DNA of 59,348 nt, taken from a virus (taxonomy: Duplodnaviria > Caudoviricetes). Location: positions 1 through 59,348 of IMG/VR virus record IMGVR_UViG_3300032242_002944; one strand, given 5' to 3'. The notes beneath the pieces are model-generated. The model saw only the letters and a program-made list of their open reading frames with translations, was not told the DNA's origin and made no database searches. Made by a program: the position numbers and the translations under genes. Positions 55,414-59,348 of this stretch are shown in pieces. Each line of letters opens with the position of its first letter. Within the stretch, counting starts at the first letter, position 1.

Positions 55414-55944
55414 GTGACGCTTACCGCAGACTTATCCGACGGCTTCTTTGCCAAGATACCCCCCCTCTCTGAAAAGCTCCAGGTAGCGCAGGACGACCTG
55501 CTCGCCGTGATGAACTTCGAGAGCGGAGTTTACGCCTCTGCCCAAAACGCAAGCACGAAGGCGACGGGGTTGATACAATTCATGCCCCAGACCATGCGCG
55601 GCATGGGCTGGACGCGGGGACCTGATGAGTTCCGAAAGCTCACGGCTGAGGAGCAGCTCCCCTACGTCGAGCGCTACTTGGGGCCCTACGCCGGCCGCAT
55701 GACGTGCCTGGAGGCGGCCTACCTCGCGGTGTTCCTGCCCGCGTACATCCCGCAGGCGCCCAATCCCGACTACGTGATCGCACCGGCAGGCAGCGTCATC
55801 GCGCGGGTGAACCCAGCCCTCCGAGACGCCGACGGCGCGATACGAGTCTCTTCGACTCGCCGCGCCGTCCTAGCCGCCCAGCGCTCGAAGCGGTGGGGGG
55901 AGATTATGTACAGGGCTGGTTTATTTACCGGGCCTCTTCCCTGA
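55414..55944 (+). CDS. Lytic transglycosylase (SLT-like), putative endolysin
   Basis: AVMNFES (catalytic Glu), ATGLIQFMP.T, EQL.YV..Y, YLAVF.P, NP.L; leaderless TAAACT-5-GTG. Confidence 0.85.
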   Translation: MTLTADLSDGFFAKIPPLSEKLQVAQDDLLAVMNFESGVYASAQNASTKATGLIQFMPQTMRGMGWTRGPDEFRKLTAEEQLPYVERYLGPYAGRMTCLEAAYLAVFLPAYIPQAPNPDYVIAPAGSVIARVNPALRDADGAIRVSSTRRAVLAAQRSKRWGEIMYRAGLFTGPLP

Positions 55945-56031
55945 CGTACTTTATGATCTTGTATTTCCGAAACCGCGGTCCCCAAGCGACCCGCGACATG
56001 CCGACGGCTGGTTCATGCGTGAGCGTAGCAG

Positions 56032-56343
56032 TTACTCGGAAAGCTTGCGCTTTTCGAGTAACCGCTCCAGCTCCTCGGCGTAGAGCTTCCACGCAATGAC
56101 GGCAGACCAAGAGCTAACGGCTCGGTTGGCCCACGCATCGATGATGATGTTACTGCTCACGGTCCGTTCCTTTTTTGCGGCTTCCGCCTTGCGAGCCTTC
56201 GACTCTGCTTTGCGTAGCAACCGATGAACCCTCGTCGCCCGCTCGTTCGCCTCCCGCGTCGCGTTCTTCACGCGGCGTTCGGTCCACACCACGAACGACG
56301 CAGCGGTGACGGCGAAGGTTACGATGGCTGTTGCGAGAATCAT
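56032..56343 (-). CDS. TM + coiled-coil hypothetical protein
   Basis: ATGA-coupled; N-terminal TM. Confidence 0.55.
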   Translation of the reverse strand: MILATAIVTFAVTAASFVVWTERRVKNATREANERATRVHRLLRKAESKARKAEAAKKERTVSSNIIIDAWANRAVSSWSAVIAWKLYAEELERLLEKRKLSE

Positions 56344-56621
56344 CCGAATCGCCTCTCGTACTCTTCGAAGCTCATGAGTTCGCCTTCCAGCACCGTTTCG
56401 AGCGCACCCGCATACGCTTTCCACGCATCGTGGCTGTTGAACAGGCCCACCACCACGGCGTGGTTCTTCTGCGCCGCCTGCTCGAACATCGCGGCTTGCG
56501 CAAGGAGCCGGCCACATTCGGCGCGCAGGCGGTCAACCTCGGCGATGAGGCGAATCTCGTGCGTCGTAGCAAACGGCGGCTGGCTTTCCTCGGCGATGCG
56601 GGTCAACTCTTCGTCAGTCAT
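56340..56621 (-). CDS. Hypothetical protein
   Basis: MTDEELTRI...LIAEVDRLRAE common phage motif. Confidence 0.6.
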   Translation of the reverse strand: MTDEELTRIAEESQPPFATTHEIRLIAEVDRLRAECGRLLAQAAMFEQAAQKNHAVVVGLFNSHDAWKAYAGALETVLEGELMSFEEYERRFG

Positions 56622-56842
56622 CACAACTTGCCCCCTTTGCCGCCGACGAGAAACTGCGCTTGGCGGAGCGTCATCGGGATGATGTTGTACGAAAACCAAG
56701 TGCAGCCGGCGCTGCCGCTCCACTCAGGAGGACCGGAGTGGAACTGCGGAAACACGATCACGTCGACGTCACCGTTGCGCTCGTTTCGGTAGAGTACGCG
56801 CCCGACCTTCTTCAGGTGCTTGTGCCAGACGTAGTCGGTCAT
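56621..56842 (-). CDS. Hypothetical protein
   Basis: GGAGG RBS; coupled. Confidence 0.55.
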   Translation of the reverse strand: MTDYVWHKHLKKVGRVLYRNERNGDVDVIVFPQFHSGPPEWSGSAGCTWFSYNIIPMTLRQAQFLVGGKGGKL

Positions 56843-56952
56843 CGCTTCCTCCAGAAGTCCACCACTTCTTTCAAGGTCGCTGCGGCCAGAGAGCCGCACA
56901 CTGTGCTAACAGCCAACGCAGCCGACCAGCAAACCAAGTCCCAAGGTGTCAT
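56839..56952 (-). CDS. Small membrane peptide
   Basis: GAGGAG RBS; ATGA-coupled. Confidence 0.5.
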   Translation of the reverse strand: MTPWDLVCWSAALAVSTVCGSLAAATLKEVVDFWRKR

Positions 56953-57113
56953 CACACACTCTCCTCGCTCAAAAGCAAGATCAACACGCACAGGTCCATC
57001 ATTTGGATCGTGATATACAACCAATCTTGGTCCATTTGAGCACTCTCCATTCCCCAATCACGAAAAACTCCAGCGACGAAAACTCCGGCGGAGTCCTAGC
57101 CGGAAATCTGCTG

Positions 57114-57383
57114 TCACGTCCTTCGACGTGAGTTCGTTGAAACCGAGCCGTTGCCGTAGCCGTCGCCGTAGCCGTAGCCGTAGCCGTAGCCGTCGCCGTT
57201 GCCGTAGTCGTCGCCGTAGCCGTAGCCGTCGCCGTAGCCGTAGCCGTCGCCGTAGCCGTAGCCGTCGCCGTAGCCGTAGCCGTAGCCGTCGCCGTTGCCG
57301 TTGCCGTTGCCGTTGCCGTAGCCGTAGCCGTAGCCGTGGCCGTAGCCGTAGCCGTGGCCGAAAGGCCCGATGTGCGTAGACAT
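57114..57383 (-). CDS. Gly-Tyr/Asp/Asn dipeptide repeat protein
   Basis: (G-Y/D/N/H)n; TGATG coupling to upstream gene. Confidence 0.7.
   Translation of the reverse strand: MSTHIGPFGHGYGYGHGYGYGYGNGNGNGNGDGYGYGYGDGYGYGDGYGYGDGYGYGDDYGNGDGYGYGYGYGDGYGNGSVSTNSRRRT
57147..57360. repeat. Hexamer tandem repeat GCCGTN (about 35 units)
   Basis: gccgta/gccgtc/gccgtt/gccgtg tandem array. Confidence 0.95.
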
Positions 57384-57703
57384 CAGAGGCCCCAGTTGTC
57401 GTCGACCCAAACGCGGAAGATTTCGCTTCCGGCAGGGACGTCGAAGCCGTTCGGCAGAGGCCGAATGTCCGTCTTTACCTTCGGATTCTGCACCATCCCA
57501 GCGAACCCGACGCTTTCGAATTTGAAGATGTGCAGCGCACGCGACAGCTTGATGCGGCCGTCAACCTCGGTGACATCGCCGGCAACCATCCAGCCGCGGT
57601 CGATGACGAAAACCGCGCGCTTGCCTGGAATGTGCTTCGGCTGAACGTCTTCGGCTCGCACGTACTCGACGTTGTTAATCTTGATGGTCTTGGGAACGGC
57701 CAT
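57383..57703 (-). CDS. Conserved phage protein (small beta-barrel) partnered with Gly-repeat protein
   Basis: GAAAGGA RBS; IKINNVEYVRA...VFVIDRGWMVAGDV...LSRA..I. Confidence 0.7.
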   Translation of the reverse strand: MAVPKTIKINNVEYVRAEDVQPKHIPGKRAVFVIDRGWMVAGDVTEVDGRIKLSRALHIFKFESVGFAGMVQNPKVKTDIRPLPNGFDVPAGSEIFRVWVDDNWGL

Positions 57704-57740
57704 TGTGTTGTCCTTTCGGGTTACTTAGCGCACTATCCAT

Positions 57741-57775
57741 GCGACAAGCTTGTCGCTTTGTGCTATGCTCATACT
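57741..57775. promoter_or_regulatory. Divergent control region: 16-bp palindrome and leaderless -10
   Basis: GCGACAAGCTTGTCGC (57741-57756); TGC-TATGCT-6-ATG(57776). Confidence 0.5.
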
Positions 57776-58144
57776 ATGCGTTTATGGGGAAGAGTCAAGG
57801 TCGGTAGCATCGAATACTCGGTCTACCTGGCCACCAAGGAGGAGAACCCCGACCTCGACGGCGCCGACGCTTACACGTACTGGGACAAGGCGGAGATTCA
57901 CGTCCTCGATATTATCGCGCCGGAGCGGTTCGCGCCAGCGTTGTTCCACGAGCTTTTCCACGCCGCGCTCGAAGCCGGCGGGGGCGACTACTTTCTACAA
58001 ACTCTTCTAGGCAAGAAGTGGACTGCCGAGGCCGAAGACCAGCTCATCCGCTGCGTGGAGGGCGTCTTCGTTGGCGCACTCCAGCAAACGGGCTGGCGGC
58101 CGAAGCTGACGAAACGTACTCGCAAAGCGAAGGAGCCCAAGTGA
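57776..58144 (+). CDS. HExxH zincin-like protein
   Basis: VKVGSIEYSV...I.V...ALFHELFHA...EDQL. Confidence 0.7.
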   Translation: MRLWGRVKVGSIEYSVYLATKEENPDLDGADAYTYWDKAEIHVLDIIAPERFAPALFHELFHAALEAGGGDYFLQTLLGKKWTAEAEDQLIRCVEGVFVGALQQTGWRPKLTKRTRKAKEPK

Positions 58145-58872
58145 GTCACTGGCTGCTCGTCCCGGATTGTCACTGGCCATACGCCAACAAGCGCGCGTTC
58201 GACCTCATGCTCTCCACGGGACCCTACGACGGCGTCGTCGTGGTGGGCGACTTCGTGGACTTTGCAAAAATCTCCAAGCACGACCGCTCCCCCCGGAGGC
58301 TGGCGTCCCTCGACGAGGAGCTGGAGGCTGGCAAGGCCGCGCTTGCGTGCATACGCGCGGCAGTCAGGCGAGCCACGAAGAAGAACTGCATCCTGCACGA
58401 GGGCAACCACGAGGCCCGCATGGAGGCCCACATCGCGAAGCACGCGCCGGAGTTTCAAAAGATCGTCGGGACCGCAAGCCAGCACCTGGACCCTAAGGGT
58501 GGCTGGACCCACGTCCGATACGGGGAGCTGCACCGCATCGGCAAGCTCTACACCACGCACGACCAGGGCCCGGCCGGCCCAGGCTGCGCCGCCAAGACGC
58601 TGGGCATAGTGGGCCGCAACGTGGCGTTCGGGCACAGCCACCGGCTGGAGGTCTGCTACCAGGGCGCCGTGGACGGTTCGCGGCGCGTCGGCGTAAGCTG
58701 CGGCACGCTGGCCGACCTAGACTCCGTGGCGTTCGACTACGCCAAGCCAACCCAGCGGGCGGCGTGGCAGCTGGGCTTTGCAACTGCCCATATTGAGCGG
58801 GACCTGGTGTTCGTCCAGGCCCACCCGATCGTGAACTACACTTGCAGCGTGAACGGTAAACTCTACCGATAA
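58141..58872 (+). CDS. Calcineurin-like metallophosphoesterase
   Basis: PDCH, GDFVD, GNHE, TH, GHSH. Confidence 0.9.
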   Translation: MSHWLLVPDCHWPYANKRAFDLMLSTGPYDGVVVVGDFVDFAKISKHDRSPRRLASLDEELEAGKAALACIRAAVRRATKKNCILHEGNHEARMEAHIAKHAPEFQKIVGTASQHLDPKGGWTHVRYGELHRIGKLYTTHDQGPAGPGCAAKTLGIVGRNVAFGHSHRLEVCYQGAVDGSRRVGVSCGTLADLDSVAFDYAKPTQRAAWQLGFATAHIERDLVFVQAHPIVNYTCSVNGKLYR

Positions 58873-59330
58873 GTCTTCTTGAAAGCTTCCTTCGCTTCCT
58901 TTCTTACCGTCTCCCGGGACAGACCCAGCTCCTCACCGATCTCGTCCCACGTCGCGTCCTGGAGCCGGCGCTCCAGAATGAAGCGCGTGCGCTTGGGCTG
59001 CGACCGAACCCAGTGGAGAACCTCTACCGCGTCGGCGCACGTCGCCCGCGTGTCGGTCAGCTCGGTAATGTCCGTGGGGGACCAGTTGCCCTCGAAGCCC
59101 GCCTTTCGAATCGGCACCGACACGACGTTGAAAATCCGGTGGCGCGCCCGGCTGGCGTACTGCTTCATGCGCATCATGACGCCGTATTCGAACGAGCGAG
59201 TTCCGTCGTACTTCCGCACCTCCCGCCACACCGCAAGCCGACACGCCTGCGCGACGTCCTCGTCTTCGCGTGCGTGCTTGCGAATCAGCGGAGCGAAGCG
59301 CTTCAGCTCCTCTTCAAGGACGGGTTTCAT
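58863..59330 (-). CDS. RNA polymerase sigma-70 family (ECF-like) sigma factor
   Basis: Region 2 EDVAQACRLAVW...YDGTRSF; region 4 ILERR....TWDEIGEELGLSRETVR. Confidence 0.8.
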   Translation of the reverse strand: MKPVLEEELKRFAPLIRKHAREDEDVAQACRLAVWREVRKYDGTRSFEYGVMMRMKQYASRARHRIFNVVSVPIRKAGFEGNWSPTDITELTDTRATCADAVEVLHWVRSQPKRTRFILERRLQDATWDEIGEELGLSRETVRKEAKEAFKKTYR

Positions 59331-59348
59331 CGGCAGCGGGCCTGGGAA
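59226..59348. repeat. Terminal direct repeat, right copy
   Basis: Identical to 1-123. Confidence 0.95.

Noticed and set aside
57128-57379. SR-rich plus-strand ORF, or CRISPR-like array
   Set aside because: It is the antisense reading of the GCCGTN hexamer repeat; there are no unique spacers, and the minus-strand Gly-Tyr ORF is the coupled one
59226-59348. 123-bp terminal repeat as a biological DTR
   Set aside because: It cuts through the sigma-factor gene start and has the size of an assembler overlap; treated as evidence of circularity only

Overview
The window is an apparently complete, circularly closed 59.2-kb GC-rich temperate tailed phage genome; bases 1-123 are repeated exactly at 59226-59348. 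The virion gene layout is podovirus-like: TerS/TerL, portal, scaffold, capsid, adaptor and tail-tube-like proteins, large internal/ejection proteins and a fibre, with no recognisable tape measure or sheath. It also encodes a tyrosine integrase/excisionase, Sak4/SSB/Cas4-like recombination genes, an SF2 helicase, a Prim-Pol/VirE primase-helicase, an intein-containing family A DNA polymerase, ThyX, two DNA methyltransferases, two glycosyltransferases, a MoxR-AAA/VWA pair, two metzincin lipoproteins and a sigma factor. The most unusual signal is largely missed by the ORF track: about 19 back-to-back, translationally coupled 43-65 aa ORFs (15 at 43573-46988, 4 around int/xis). Their middles are mutually unalignable and rich in S/T/Y/W/H/C/R, but they share termini (M-I/L/T/M... 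starts; [ST]-x-[CFY]-x-stop in 13 of 19), which suggests a hypervariable microprotein array of unknown function. Other notable non-coding structure: two related ~155-bp AT-cored palindromic ori-like elements, tandem sigma-54 consensus sites, a repeated CCnACATGTnGG operator-like motif, and many leaderless promoters. All product calls come from motif recognition by eye; no database searches were run.
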